Assembly: GCA_040285825.1 (NCBI GenBank)
Contig: JAUPSS010000005.1
Coordinates: 558,001-622,000, forward strand
Direction: 5' to 3'
Origin: Eukaryota sp. TZLM1-RC
Lineage: Eukaryota > Protista > Metamonada: BaSk clade
Length of the DNA: 64,000 nucleotides
This document shows, in pieces, positions 21,123-33,930 of this stretch. The notes beneath the pieces are model-generated. The model had not been told where the DNA came from, searched no databases, and worked only from the letters and a program-made list of their open reading frames with translations. A program made the position numbers and the translations under genes. Positions within the stretch are counted from its first letter, which is position 1; each line of letters starts with the position of its first letter.

Positions 21123-24100
21123 TCACTTCCTAATTCTAGTACTACGTCTAGGCCTCTTGCAAGGCGTAGAGCTATTGGAGGTACTCCTACGTTGACTAGA
21201 GGTACGTTTTCCAATTTTCTTGTTATTCCTACTGAACAACTTGTAAGCTTCTGAATGTTTAACTGAATGGAGAGGCTCTTCTGTTGTCTCACCGCCAAAC
21301 CATTGAACAGTACAGAAACTACCTGAGTCAGAATTATATTCTGAGAGGATTTTCTCTATGACATGTTTCTCAGCATCGCCTGCTGCGACTGCCTTAAGGA
21401 ATTCGATATCCTGAGGATTATCTGCGTTATAGATTTTACAATCTTTCTTGGCAGCCTTTAATTCACTGCCAGTGATAAGATTCTTTAATAATAAAGTAGA
21501 GTTGGAAGGATGGTCTATTACTAAAAAGGGCCCGTTCCAAGATCCATGTAATTTATTATTCTGTTTGGTTTTACGTAGGACATAGTCACCAATATTAAAT
21601 ACTATAGAGCGCGAATTAGTATTGTCTACTGAAATCGGAGTATTTGATAATTGATGACGCTCTGCTTCTTCCCTTTTTTCTTGCAGACGAGTATTTTTCA
21701 TTTTAATGTCGTCTAATAAAGGTATATTGGAATCAAATTTTGATAAGTTTCCTAATATGTTTGCAGGGTCCGATCTTGGACTAATCGAAGATCCGAACAT
21801 TAGTTCGTAAGGTGTAAAACCTGTCTTTCTGCTTTTAGTGGAATTTATTAATAGTTGGGATATGGGTACATAAGTAGACCAATTTCCATAATCATTAAAA
21901 TCTATTAATAATTTCCTCAAGCATTGTAGAACGTCTCTATGTTTCCGCTCTATGAGTCCATTACTTTCAGAGTAGTGGGGTAATGAGTTACTCATCTCAA
22001 TAGCTAATCTATTACACACTATCTTAAAAGTCTCATTGCAACTCGGGACCATTATCACTATGAATTAACATAGGTATGCCAAAAATTGCGCAAACGTTCC
22101 AAATCAAAGCGTCTGCGGTCTCTAAGGCATTGAGTTCCTTCAGAGGGACTAAAATTGAATATCCAGTAAAAGAATCTACAAATACTAATAAGTATTACCA
22201 TCACTATCAGTATTCAGAGGTCCAATTGTGTCAACATTTAGTCTGGCAAAAGGACGATCTGCCCAAAGGGAACCTGTGGAAGGTGTATTTGTTCTTTTAA
22301 CTGGTGCCGTTTTTTGACAAGTTGGGCATCTTTTGATGTGGTTTATGAGGTCCTTTCTCATATTAGGCCAGAAAAAGTCGCTTTTGGACAGTTTATGTAG
22401 ACTGTCGTTTTTGCTGGGGTGGCCTGATTGAACCAATCCATGAATTAATAATAGTGCCTGTTTTCTGAGGCTTTTTGGAATTAAAATTTTATTTTTGTTG
22501 TTTTTCCAAATTTGAGTATTTTCATCTAGAATTGCATTCTCAAATAGAAGGTCATTATTATTTTTGGCTATTTGTTGTTCAGATCTTATTTTAGAGAACC
22601 AGGAGGAAAAAATAGGTAAGTCCTGGTGACTACTTAGGGATGAAATTGATGGGATGTCTTCGAAGTCCGAATCAGAATCATCGTCTATAGGAGGTATCTC
22701 GTAATTCGAAAGTAAAGTATCTGGTATATTTATACTACATATAGAAGGAGTTTCCTCATTTTGATTTAAATCAATATTCCTCGATAGCATATCTGCCCAG
22801 TGGTTATCTTCACCTGGTTCATGGACTATATCAAAGTCGAATTCAGATAGTATCGGCAGCCATCTCTTTACAATTCTATTTTTCTCTGGGGCTGTGGCCA
22901 GGAATGCAATATTTTTTGCGATCGGTGAAAATTGTTAGATGTCTAGTCAAAAGGTAGCTTTCTAAACAACTTTCAGTTAAAATCAGAAGAATTGCATATA
23001 ATTCTTTCTGTAAAGTGGACCATTTTCTTTGTGTTTCTGTAAGTAATCTACTATAGAACGACAAAGGTTTCACTTTTCTTTTATTCAGCGGGGTTCCTAC
23101 AGGGGAGTATGGTTCAATTTCTTGCCAAATAACGCCTCCAACTGCTACATCTGATGCGTCGGTACTTATTAGTACGCGCTTGCCCGGAGCTGGTAATTCA
23201 AGGGGCATGTGATTAATTATTAAATCTTTTATTTGTTTAAGATAATCGTCATGCTCGTTGGTCCATTTTATTACTCTAGGTTTTCCTTTAATTACCTCAT
23301 TAATTGGAGCTATTAATTCGGAAATACCTGGAAGCCAATCTCTTATATAATTGATGGACCCTACCAAAGAGTGAACTTCTTTCACTGATTTTGGTCTAGG
23401 GATTCTCATCAAGGCTTCGATTTTTTTCTTACTAATAAATCTGGTTTTATCCTGGAAGGTGCTTCCTAAAATATCAATAGGGTGTTTGGATGTTACGAAT
23501 TTACCTTTACGTAAACCTATATTTACACGTCTATTTCTGGCGCATTGGAGGACTCTTTGTATTCTATTATAGAATTCATCGAAAGTCGTTCCAACTATTA
23601 TAATATCATCAATATATATGAAAACGCCATCGATTTGGAATATTTCCATCATTACATTTTGAAATACTGCTGGGATGTTCTTTAATCCGAAGCAAGCTCT
23701 TTTAAACATAATTGACCTTCCAGGGATTGAGATTGATGTTTTCTCAATGTCCTTCTCAGCTACATTCATTTGCCAGAAAGCTTTTGGTAAATCAAGCGTG
23801 GCTATGTAGTCTGCTCTACTTAAAAACTCTAAAATATCACTAATCCTAGGTAGATTAGGCTCTACTGAAATCGTGTGGGCATTAACACCATCTTTACCGC
23901 TAAAGTCTCCAGTTAGCCTGGGTTTCTTGCCGTCAGGATATATAACTAAGACAATAGGAGAGCTGAATTTATAATTAGATTCAACTGCATAGCCCATTTC
24001 AATCAGTTCATCAAATATTTTGTTTGCTATTTCCATTTTGCTGGGATTTAATCGTCTAGCAGGTTTATGTACTATAGCATTCTCGTCTCTAAAGGGGATT

Positions 24101-24678
24101 GTTAGAGGTTTACAATCGATTCCTTTTCTGTTTGGAGTTTCACTAAAAACATCGCTGAAAATTCTTAGTAGACTCGTTAATTTTAATTTATTATTATCAT
24201 CATCTAATTTTATCTCACAACCAGATCTAGTTAACTGCTCCTCAAAATCAGAAGGACTCGGTGATTGGTTATCTAAGGTCCCAATCGAATGTTGAGCGAT
24301 TCTTGAGTCGAATTCAGATTCTGCATTTAACAAAGTGCGGTGTTCTTTGTCTAATCTAATGAAAAGACCATCATCCGTCTGAAGCCCAAGTGTTTTTAAC
24401 ATGTCTATCCCTATTAATAATTTGTTCGAACCCGGGATTATGGGAAGAGTATGTCTATAATGTACTTGGTGCGCAATGCTTCCTACGTTGAACGACAGAA
24501 AACCATTTGCACTCCCTAGCGATTTACTTGATACGTTATTGGCTGGTAAGAACTCAATTGTATCATCTCTATTAATTGACATATTGCATTTGTTAGCCAA
24601 ATCTTCTGTTATAACCGAACAAAATGCTGCCGAATCAATAGTTGCAATCATTTTTATATTATTTATTAAAATCTCCAA
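21123..24678 (-). pseudogene. pol: Gypsy pol (protease, RT, RNase H, integrase, chromodomain), frameshifted
   Basis: IDSAA protease; LDLPKAFWQ and YIDD RT; TDASD RNase H. Integrase H..GH..CPTC, VDTIGP, SDNG and SNGLIER. Chromodomain VIEKIL..VQWFG..TTEEP. Frameshifts near 22915, 22190 and 22040. Confidence 0.92.
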
Positions 24679-24799
24679 TCTTAGAAATGGAGAACGCTGG
24701 GATCTGTTGTGGTTCTCACTAACCGAAGAATTTATACCAAAAATACTATTGATATCAGAGCTGGGTTTGTGGAATTGTAGAGGATTTAGTAAGAATTGT

Positions 24800-27492
24800 T
24801 GAGCTGTTGGGGAGTTGTTAACTGGGTTTCCGAAATCGGCAATTGGTTGATTATGATTGATTGCGTTGATTTATTTCCGATTGGGAAAGTTTCCTGTATT
24901 TCTGACCCTGTTGCTGAAACGGTCAATCCGTCGGTGAGAGGTCATGCTCGAACTAGCTGACACGTTCTCAGAAGGGGATGATATTGATGATGTATCCTCT
25001 TGTGTATTTATGTAATAAATAGGTCTATACTGACCTCTACCTTTATGTCCTCTAAAATGGCCACCTCGGCTCCTACCTCTAAACCTAGAAACACGTCTAC
25101 CACGGCCACCTCAGCCTCTAACTACGCTGCCACTTCTCGCAAAAGTGTCTCCTAAAAAAAGTGTCTCCTGGTGGTCGAAATCAGGTCTAACAAAGTTGTA
25201 CCTGTTGAAGGGTCCCATAGATCTTCTCTTGTCCAATGGCTTGCCAGCTCCTTGGTAATGGCAAAATTATCTATACCCAAGAGAAACTATTCTGCAATAA
25301 GGGCGGGTGAGAGGGTTATTAAACCGCTGCTTCCCCTAATTGATGCAGATATGGAGTGATCAACCATATAAGTGGTCATCCTCAGGACGTCTCCAAAATC
25401 TTCGACGAACCTACCAAATTCGTTGTCCGCATCTACTTTGTTGTGGATGTTTCTCCAATTTATACATGGTTTTGCTAGGGCAGAGCAAGCCTCGTGATAT
25501 GAGGTAAATTGTGTCCTGCGTAGCAGAAAAACCATTAGGTCAGCGTCTGAGAAGTCCGGTCTTAGAAGTCCTTGGCCTTGCCATCTAGAGATGAGATGGG
25601 GGTCGACCATGCTTGATAAGCCGGATGGACAAGTACTTATCATCATACTTCTGAATAAGTCATAATGATGGATAGGAGGTCCCAAACGTTTCGTCAGTTC
25701 TGGGTCGATCCTTAAGAGTGGCTGTTTCATGTCCCTGTCTATTTCTTCTCTGATGTGAGATGGGAGTGATGATAACAACTCAGGGGTAATCTGGGTCTTT
25801 CCTTCGCCAAATATTTGGGTTGCTATCAACATAGCACGAGACCAATCAGATTGACCAGGGGCTTGAAAGCTTCGATTGGCTATCTTGCGCCCGTATTTGT
25901 CCCATGTTTGGAATTTGAGGAGGAAGGAGACGAGAGACATCTTATTGAGAGGGTCCTTCTCAGATAGGTGAGGGGCTTTATATTCAGCTGACCTAGGCTG
26001 AGAGTCCACATGTCTCTGAAGACTACTTGCTATACTCATATCCAAAATATTTCTAGAAGCTTGGAGGTCTTCCAAACAGAGAGGCTCCTCAGAAGTAACT
26101 CTTCTACGAGGGGGTTGAGGAGGAAGTGTTTCATCTAAACTAGGTCCTCTCAACTCGACTTCGTCTTCTGATGCGCTAGTGAGCATGGGTTGGGAGGGAC
26201 TTGATGGTCCCTGAACCACTCTGGTAGGTCTGTTTGCTCGTTCTGTCACATCTACTGTTGGGATGTGATCAGGGAGTACGTCAATGGAACAGACTTGTAC
26301 CGGTTGCTCTTTTTCAGATATAATGGGGGCAATTATAGGAAGTTTAGGTCTCTGGTGGAGCTCTGTTGATTGATCACCCGTGACCAAGAACCTGAACTTC
26401 TTCTTCCTTGTCGTTGATTCCCCGAATTGCTGAATGAAGTTATTTGGGCGGCTCCTAAATGTGGATACGCTTGAACGTTCCGTAAGTATATTATTTAGGG
26501 CATCCGCGTCAAAGAAGTCACTGACGGGATCCAACTTACTTGGATTTGTGCTGTCTGCTTGTTCCATGTATTCTCTGAAACAAGTAGGAGCCCCATCCTC
26601 TACCTCTGAGTAGTTATGGATGATCGTATCAAAGTACGAGTCCATCCATGCCGGTAATTTGGTTTCCAGGATGTCGTCGGTATCGGCTGCTCCTTCGTTC
26701 AATGGCTAAGAACCTGATCCTTCTCCCGAACTGATCTAAATGAATGGCTTCCCAATCAGGCCTATCTTTGATAGGTTTTGCCAGAATCACATGGATCTCT
26801 CTATCCATACCGGTTATCCTAGGACGGCGTTCTGCCCCGCGTCCATAGGTCTCTCTACTCAAAGTATCCAACGCGTTAATGAGTTCTCTTCTCTCATTTT
26901 GAGGGAATTCGTAGACTCTATTAGGGTCCCCTTTATGGCCCAGAGTCTGGAATCCCACATTTCTACCAGATTTTGATATTTGCTTCCAAAGGGGAGGGAG
27001 CTGCTCGAACAGACAGTAATCTGTTGGTTCAAGGTGAGCTTCCGCGTCCTTCATTATCTGTTGGCGAAGCTCTTTTTCATCGTCGTCCATTTCTTCTAAA
27101 ACGGACTGGAGATCTTCGTAGTCCTTTAGGGCAGACGAAGTATCCGAGCTTAACCCAACATTTTCTTTAGGTGAGGAGGGGGGTGGTCCCGTTCCTGAAA
27201 CCTTATCTGGTTTGTTGGACATGGAAGAGGCGGGAGGTGGTTCCGTGCCTGGTTCCATTGTTTTTGATTTGGAAGAGGCGGGAGGTGGTTCCGTGCCTGG
27301 TTCCATATCTTTCTCATGAGGGGGGGAGGGGGGGGGCGGAGGGTGGTCTCGAGCCCGAGTCCTCTTCTTTATTTGACTCTTCAGTCCCTGCTGTTGTTGT
27401 ATATATGCTCAAAGCATCTCTGTCGTACTGTTGCATCTGTCTAATGTAAACAATTTGGCTGGAGTCAGTGTCCTGGCGAGGAGAGACTGACA
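24800..27492 (-). pseudogene. Long gag-like region of the Gypsy element, frameshifted
   Basis: Overlapping minus-strand ORFs between the 5' LTR and pol. Pro-rich N-terminus with a 48-bp tandem repeat (MEPGTEPPPASS x2) and an RG-rich segment near 25030-25130. Confidence 0.6.
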
Positions 27493-27576
27493 TGATATCT
27501 GCTGAAGATATCCTCTGTTTGATAGCTGTGAGTTGTGTAAACGGTATACCTATAACCTAATACGGCCAATAATTAT

Positions 27577-27657
27577 TGTTGCCTTAGGCTGCAAAAGTGG
27601 TTGAGATAAAGATAATTTATTTTCTATTCATATTATAAAAGCCTTAGGGCGCCAACA
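27577..27657 (-). repeat. 5' LTR (81 bp)
   Basis: Identical to 20926-21006 and followed by TSD CAAA. Confidence 0.95.
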
Positions 27658-28182
27658 CAAATACGGAAAGCAAATATTTCAAACGGATACAATCAAATTC
27701 ATTTCAATAAATGTTTTTGATGACATCTGAATTGTTGCGAGCTTTAGGTGCTAAACTGAGGAAATAATGCGGTCAAATAAAAATTTGAAACTTACAATTT
27801 TGTTTCAAACAAAATCACATCATTGAACAAGAAATGTTTCCTGACAATTTTCTATGATTCAATGTTTATGTTCGTATCGAGTGACTGAACGCAAAATATT
27901 TGTGAATTTACTTGTCTGATTGGAAATTGAAAATTCCCTCATCAATGGGTAGTCAACACCAAAAAGAAATTAATATTGATGAACAAACACGAATGCAATT
28001 TCTGTAAAAAAATGAACCAATGCCATGACAAACAATACGTAGACTTATAAAAAATGTTCAAGAAATAAATAATATTATTTCTGTCAAGATGTTCGTCTCT
28101 TCAAGTGTTTTTTGTGATTGTTCTTGTGAATAAATTTTAAATCTATACTTTTTGAATTCGATTTATATTTGAATTAACTGAT

Positions 28183-28500
28183 TTAATGTTTCAGTTGTTC
28201 CTCTAAAGAAACCTTAGGCCTGCAGATGTTCTCGAATTCAAAGGCAAAATAACACAGAGAAAGATGTTGTAAAGACCAATGCAGATAGAAATACAATTTG
28301 CAATTATTACTAACACCTCGCTCATAACAAAAGACTTTCAGTAGAATCAGGAATTCTTTTTGAATAAATTTAATGCTTAGCCCAAGAAGAAATAATGAAC
28401 AGATGTGATGATTCTTTATGGAGCTCGCAACTCCAATTGGCCTCAATGAATTGATCACCACCGTTTTATCGAATTAGAAAAGTTATGAGGCGAAAATTGA
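28183..28500 (-). mobile_element. Highly decayed non-LTR RT remnant
   Basis: SLRPIGV motif equivalent to the RPIAVG motif upstream of 51269. Confidence 0.4.
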
Positions 28501-28589
28501 CATGATTCTTTCATGGTATTTCTGAAATGAATCCAATAAGTTGATTTCAATCCCCTTGCGTCAACATCCTCAATCATACTCTTCATCCT

Positions 28590-29270
28590 ATGCAACATCG
28601 CTGGAACGTTTCAAGTAACACAGCGCATATACTGGAACGTCAGAAACCCAATCCTATCGTTTCTTCCATTAAATCTATAAGAGTTTTCTATTACCCCCAT
28701 TTATACGGAGCTGACTTTATCTGTTCTAAAGACATATGTGGACTATTTCTCAGCTTACAGTACCACGCTGCTTATTCTCAATACATTTTCCAACGAGTAA
28801 ACAATTTACCCCAATGCAAACATCGTTTTTTAATACTTTTATTAGACACCACTACCGAACACCTACCAGTAATCACAGAACTATCCCTCATTGGAAAACT
28901 CACTTTACTTGTCGCACATAACTACAGAGAAGCAGCTAAATGGGTTGAAGCCATCACTGTCATCAGCAGCGACAACACTGCTAACTCTTCTGACACCCTC
29001 ACCCTCTGCCAGGACGACCCAGCCGAGTTTTTACTTTCATGTGTGCCAAGATTGTCTAGGAAGAATGTGGTTAGTTTGTTTGAGAAGTTTGGTAATCTGA
29101 AGGGAATTGCGAAGGCTTCGGTCAGTGATATAGCTGGTTTGAGTGGGTTTGGAGATAAGAAAGCGAGGAAAATTCATGCATTGTTTAATCAACGATTTAT
29201 CAAAGGTAGGAAAAGGACAATAAGTGATTTTCTGAAACCATCAAATGAGGGAGTGATTGAGATTGATTGA
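28590..29270 (+). CDS. ERCC1: DNA excision repair protein ERCC1
   Basis: RQKPNPI, ADF..GLFLSLQYH..YIFQRV and LTLLVAHNYREAAKWVE, then a tandem HhH (FGNLKGI..GFGDKKAR). Confidence 0.9.
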   Translation: MQHRWNVSSNTAHILERQKPNPIVSSIKSIRVFYYPHLYGADFICSKDICGLFLSLQYHAAYSQYIFQRVNNLPQCKHRFLILLLDTTTEHLPVITELSLIGKLTLLVAHNYREAAKWVEAITVISSDNTANSSDTLTLCQDDPAEFLLSCVPRLSRKNVVSLFEKFGNLKGIAKASVSDIAGLSGFGDKKARKIHALFNQRFIKGRKRTISDFLKPSNEGVIEID

Positions 29271-29336
29271 TTGAGATTGATTGATTGATTGAGATTGATT
29301 GATGGAGGTTGATTGATTGAGGTTGATTGATTGAGG
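29255..29336 (+). repeat. Imperfect (GATT)n microsatellite overlapping the ERCC1 stop codon
   Basis: GATTGAGATTGATTGATTGAGATTGATTG... run visible directly. Confidence 0.85.
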
Positions 29337-30639
29337 TTTTTTTGTGTAGATGTGATTACTATTATTTTTGACCTTTTTTTCACTTTTTTTTGTGATTTAT
29401 TTTTATTTAAATTAATTAAATATATACATCACGGGTTGACTCTCTTGGTTGTTGTTTGTCGTAAATAGGGTTAGTTAGGGTTAGTTTAATCTGTAATTCA
29501 TCCTTCATTACTCTTAATTTTTGGTTTTTCCCATTATTGTTGTTGTTTTTTCAATATTTTTTGATTTAATTGTTTCTTAACATTTGATTGAATATTTGAT
29601 TTGAAATTTCTAGTTACAGCAATTAGAGAAGGCCAACTACAGTTGAGCCAACGACAAAGAAGATTTCGCCTGTTGTTTTTGGTTGTATAGATCAAATTTT
29701 AATTTATGAACAACACAATCCTTTTAAAACTTTTTTAATTGACTATTCATTGTTTAAACAAGGATAAGAGACACTGTTTAAACTCATATGACTGTAATGT
29801 TTCTGCTTCTCCACCATAGAGGGTTTAATTCTTGGCTATTCAACAGTATATTTTCATATTTGCTTTGACTTGTTGTAAATTTAAATGAAATTTGAAATAT
29901 AATTTATTGAAATAAGATATTCAATTTTCTGTAGAGGACATACCATCACCTTGATGTTTTGCGAATCACCTTTTTGTTTCAGATGATAGGCGCCATTTTA
30001 ATATGTCAATTGACTAAATTGATGGAAATTACTCATTTCAGAAACCGAAGGGCTGACCATGATTTAAGTAACCTCTTCGTCATTTAACTCCTTAACCCCT
30101 CCGGGGTCGATGACCAAATTATGAAGAGTTTAGGTGAATTTGAATATAATATCTGAACCTCTGCTATTGTGTTTGGGTACAATAAGCAATTAGTTCAGGG
30201 AACAAAACAGTTTTCAGACCTTTTGACACGTTAATTTTGGAAGTATTGATTGGGTACAATGGCTCCAATGTATGTTGAATAATTGATTGAAAAATTCTTT
30301 TTTAACAGCAAGCAACACAAAATAACAGAAAATAATAAAATGCACTATCAACTTTGAATTTCCAAACGATGTTTTAAAAACTACAGTACCGTACCTTGTG
30401 ACACCAGCCAGTTTTTTATCTTAAATTGTAAGACATCTTAACAACTGGTGAAATGTTCATCTATAGAAGAAACGATTTTCTTTAATTATTTCTCAATTAA
30501 CTCAGTATTATAACCAGTTTTAAATTGATCTTTTCCATATTTTAGTGGCACTGCTGTTGATCCAACTTCAATCATGGTAGTTATTTCCACTTTTTTTATA
30601 TTTTATCGCCATTTATTCATTTAATAAGAAATATGAAAA

Positions 30640-31490
30640 CATAAAATACACAATTAAAACTCCACATCCTCAAAACCTGCCTCCCCTACATCAAAGCAAC
30701 TAATTGCCAAAGATTCAGAAAATTTCCCAAAAGAAGAGAGTGGATCAGAAATTAGTTTTACCATTCCCTTAAAAATAGAAAATGCAATCCTGTTTTGCCA
30801 GTAAACACGATTGAAAATTCTTCCAGTTCTTTTCTTTACAACTACAACAAAATCCTCAAGGAAAGCCATAGCAGCCTTACCTAGAGATCCAAATAAAGAA
30901 AAAGCAAAGGGACAAAAACTATATTGGGCATGAATTTTCATTAACTGAGGAAATGGATTTCGCATATTTAGCAATATTTACATTTTTCACCAGCAAGAAG
31001 AGGATTATTTACATCAGAGTTTATGAAATGTTCGTTGGAAGAATAACAAGGGTCAATAGACATGGCGTCTAAAATAGTAAAACTATCATTTAGACCGGGA
31101 ACAACTAGATCACCTCTTGTCAGACCCATAGAAGCTCTGTTGTAGCGCGTAGTATCAATATTGGGGTCATCAAGAATTAATTTCGACAACAACGGCTCTA
31201 AAAAGGAATCTGATCGATATGATTTGCACATTACATAAATTTGGTCCCTGACAATATTATGCACTTTACTTCTCAATGTATTGAAATGCTTACAGTTCAG
31301 AAGATGACTAAACAAAAGAGGTTTACCACTTGTACATGTTAAATGATTTGGCAAATTGTTTGACCATAGAAAACAACGATAATGCATGTTTTCGTTGCAA
31401 TTCATGGCAATTCATGGTTTTTTTAACAAAAGTCCATAAACAGAGGGAATTTGAGTTACTAAAGCAGCAGCAGAGCTATCACTAATATCC
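30640..31490 (-). mobile_element. 3' fragment of RLE-type non-LTR retrotransposon (family B)
   Basis: HLLNCKH..HNIVRD, RGDLVVPG..ILDA and YWQNRI..FEDVEF; close paralog of 49470-50320. Confidence 0.85.
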
Positions 31491-31638
31491 TTTTAAAAAT
31501 TTTTAAATTTGTTTGGAATTTGGATATCAACTAAACATTATCTTTCTACTACCACAAATATTTTTTTGACAAAAGATGCTATCATTTTGGAGTGCGTGAG
31601 CCAACAAGAACTCATATTTATGGACACGAAAACACAAA

Positions 31639-32595
31639 CTAAACCTTCTCCTTCACAGTTACATCATTGAAATCAAATACAATGAACCAATACTTAACCC
31701 AGAAGAACAAAGCCAAGGAAATGAACACATGGAAGACAGCATGTAGTTGGAAAATGAAGAACCCACCAAAGAGACAAACGAACCAATCCAAAAACCATGC
31801 CAACACGCCAAAGAAGAAGTAAACTAATGGTAGCACAAGTTTTGGTAGGAGCTTTAAGGTCAATTTGCAGTAGACAAATATGAACAGTTCAATGACGATC
31901 AAAACCAAAAAGGCAAGAGAAAGGAAGAACCAGATAACTCTACACCATCTGGGAACAAGCAAGCCAATAAAGACAATAATGATTGCTCCATATATAAAAA
32001 ACCTTGTAAAAGCTACCCAAAAGTCAATATCTTTCTTCAATGCTCTCCACAGTCTGAGTATGGCAAAAAGGACCAACCAGAACACTAGCAAGAGGTTAGT
32101 AACTGCCTCCATTCGTTCACCGAGGAGTGTTAAGGAAGCATGATATAACCAGCCTGAGAACCCAACGAGAACGGTGATGAATGCTAGGATTAATATATGA
32201 AGACTGGATTTGTCCCCTTGAATCAGGACAGGGTAGTAGAACAACATGTAGATCGCAACAGCAACAAAGGACAAGCTGGACCAACTGTTGATGAACTGTC
32301 GAACAGGAGATTGATGATTATCCCCTTCACAAAAACAATAACGACCAAATGTTTTCTGTGTAAGACAACATGCGTCCATGGATAAATCGGGCCAACATAT
32401 GTTGGAGATTGCATAAATGAAGAAACAAATGGTCAAAAGGATGGCAATTGTCCAGAGAATTATTTTACGCCAGTAAGCGTACCTAATGTAAGAAGGAAAG
32501 AAATGAACAAACAGTTCTGAGCCACCATTTGACTGAAGAAGTTTGTTAACAGTGCAGCTGTTGGAGCGATCAAATGATTCGTAGTCAACGTTCAT
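31639..32595 (-). CDS. Alkaline ceramidase-like multi-TM protein (CREST superfamily)
   Basis: FCE..INSWSSL, SGWLYHASL (S..H) and LHAVFH (HxxxH) motifs with multiple TM helices. Confidence 0.8.
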   Translation of the reverse strand: MNVDYESFDRSNSCTVNKLLQSNGGSELFVHFFPSYIRYAYWRKIILWTIAILLTICFFIYAISNICWPDLSMDACCLTQKTFGRYCFCEGDNHQSPVRQFINSWSSLSFVAVAIYMLFYYPVLIQGDKSSLHILILAFITVLVGFSGWLYHASLTLLGERMEAVTNLLLVFWLVLFAILRLWRALKKDIDFWVAFTRFFIYGAIIIVFIGLLVPRWCRVIWFFLSLAFLVLIVIELFIFVYCKLTLKLLPKLVLPLVYFFFGVLAWFLDWFVCLFGGFFIFQLHAVFHVFISLALFFWVKYWFIVFDFNDVTVKEKV

Positions 32596-33639
32596 TGTGA
32601 GAGACAGAGGAGAACAACGTCCTTAAGCATTCATAAATGACACTGTACAGTCTACAGCAGGAAGATATCCTGTTAATTGGCTAATTACACAAATCTTCCA
32701 TTTCTCTATTCAGTTTCAGCGAAACTAATGACATGGACAACCCCACGATAACCGCCAAAATTACCCATGGTGAAATTATTCAGCCAGGATATCAGTTTGA
32801 TATACACAACCCCTGTTCAACGAAAAAACAATATTATAGAATAATATGCAATAAAAGCCAGTGCACTCAGCTACTTGTTGGTGCACAAGCCCTTTGTTTT
32901 AATATCAAAATAACAGAAGAATTACATATGAAACTCGGTTTATTTCACAGTAAACATATTTGACGTGATCCACTTTCCTAAAAGCGAAAGTCACGTTTAG
33001 CTATTTCTAACAAGTCAACATAGTTGAAAACACATTCCATATGATATGACTCTTTGACGACTTCAACATCAAGTGATTTTGGGACTGAGTCTCCAAAACA
33101 TTCATCAAATATTCTGAATTGAACGATTGTTTCGCTTTTTGTGTTTTTCTTGATAATGAAGCATTGCAAATAGATTCAGGCAATGATGCAGCATTCGGTT
33201 AAGAACATGATTGGTTACTAGTAAACAACCCCTTTTCATTTTTCATTCTGTGTTCTATTCTTGTGTAACAGCAAACATTCTTTTGAAAATCAACAAACGA
33301 TGATGTGTTTCGCAATGTCTTCAGACGTATCAATACGACAATTTTGCATCAGGACTGTTTGTTTTGAAAGCGGTATTTTTGATTGTTTTTGAAGATTTAC
33401 ACTTCAAATATTATTAAAATTCCTTTTTTGTCAACATATTGTGTTTCCCAGTAGGTTTCCTAAGTAGAAACATTTGTTAATTCAAGTGATTTACAACTCT
33501 TAATCGATCAATTCCATTCTTTAAACATGTGTTTGTTACACAACTGGACCAAACACGGAATTCCATATCACAACAGCAAAATTTGCCAAATCAAAACAAT
33601 TAAGTGCCTGAAAGCAGGCAAATGGATTCTTTTTATACT

Positions 33640-33930
33640 ATTTTCCATTATTTCTGTCTTCGTCATGTGTTCTTTTCTCATTCATTGTCTTGGAGAAACT
33701 GCCTTAAATTTAATTGATGATTTAAATCATCTGGTGAAATGAAGAATGAATAAGCAGTTTGATCGTTGTGTGTGGTTAAATAGTATTGTTTTTACTTTTT
33801 CAGTACAATTCTAGAATTACTTCGAATGCTTTCCTGCGTGTCAATGCACTCAACAAAAACTGTGTCAATGCACAATACAAAGATATTGGTGTTGTTCGAT
33901 TTGAAGTTGTGGAAGCTTGTTTTGAATTCA
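33640..33930 (+). mobile_element. Decayed RLE retrotransposon C-terminal remnant
   Basis: LGETALNLIDDL..KQFDRCVWLNSIVF..EACFE parallels the tails of other copies. Confidence 0.55.

Larger units (their letters stand above)
20926..27657 (-). mobile_element. Full-length Ty3/Gypsy (chromovirus-like) LTR retrotransposon, coding region frameshifted
   Basis: Identical 81-bp LTRs TG..CA, 4-bp TSD CAAA and PPT GAAAAAGGGAAGAAGCAG before the 3' LTR. Domain order gag-PR-RT-RH-INT-chromodomain. Confidence 0.95.

Noticed and set aside
27320-27345. G-run that could form a G-quadruplex
   Set aside because: Explained by poly-Pro codons of gag on the minus strand; the homopolymer length is unreliable.
29465-29486. 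TAGGGTTAGTTAGGGTTAG telomere-like sequence
   Set aside because: Only about two degenerate units; too short to call an interstitial telomere.
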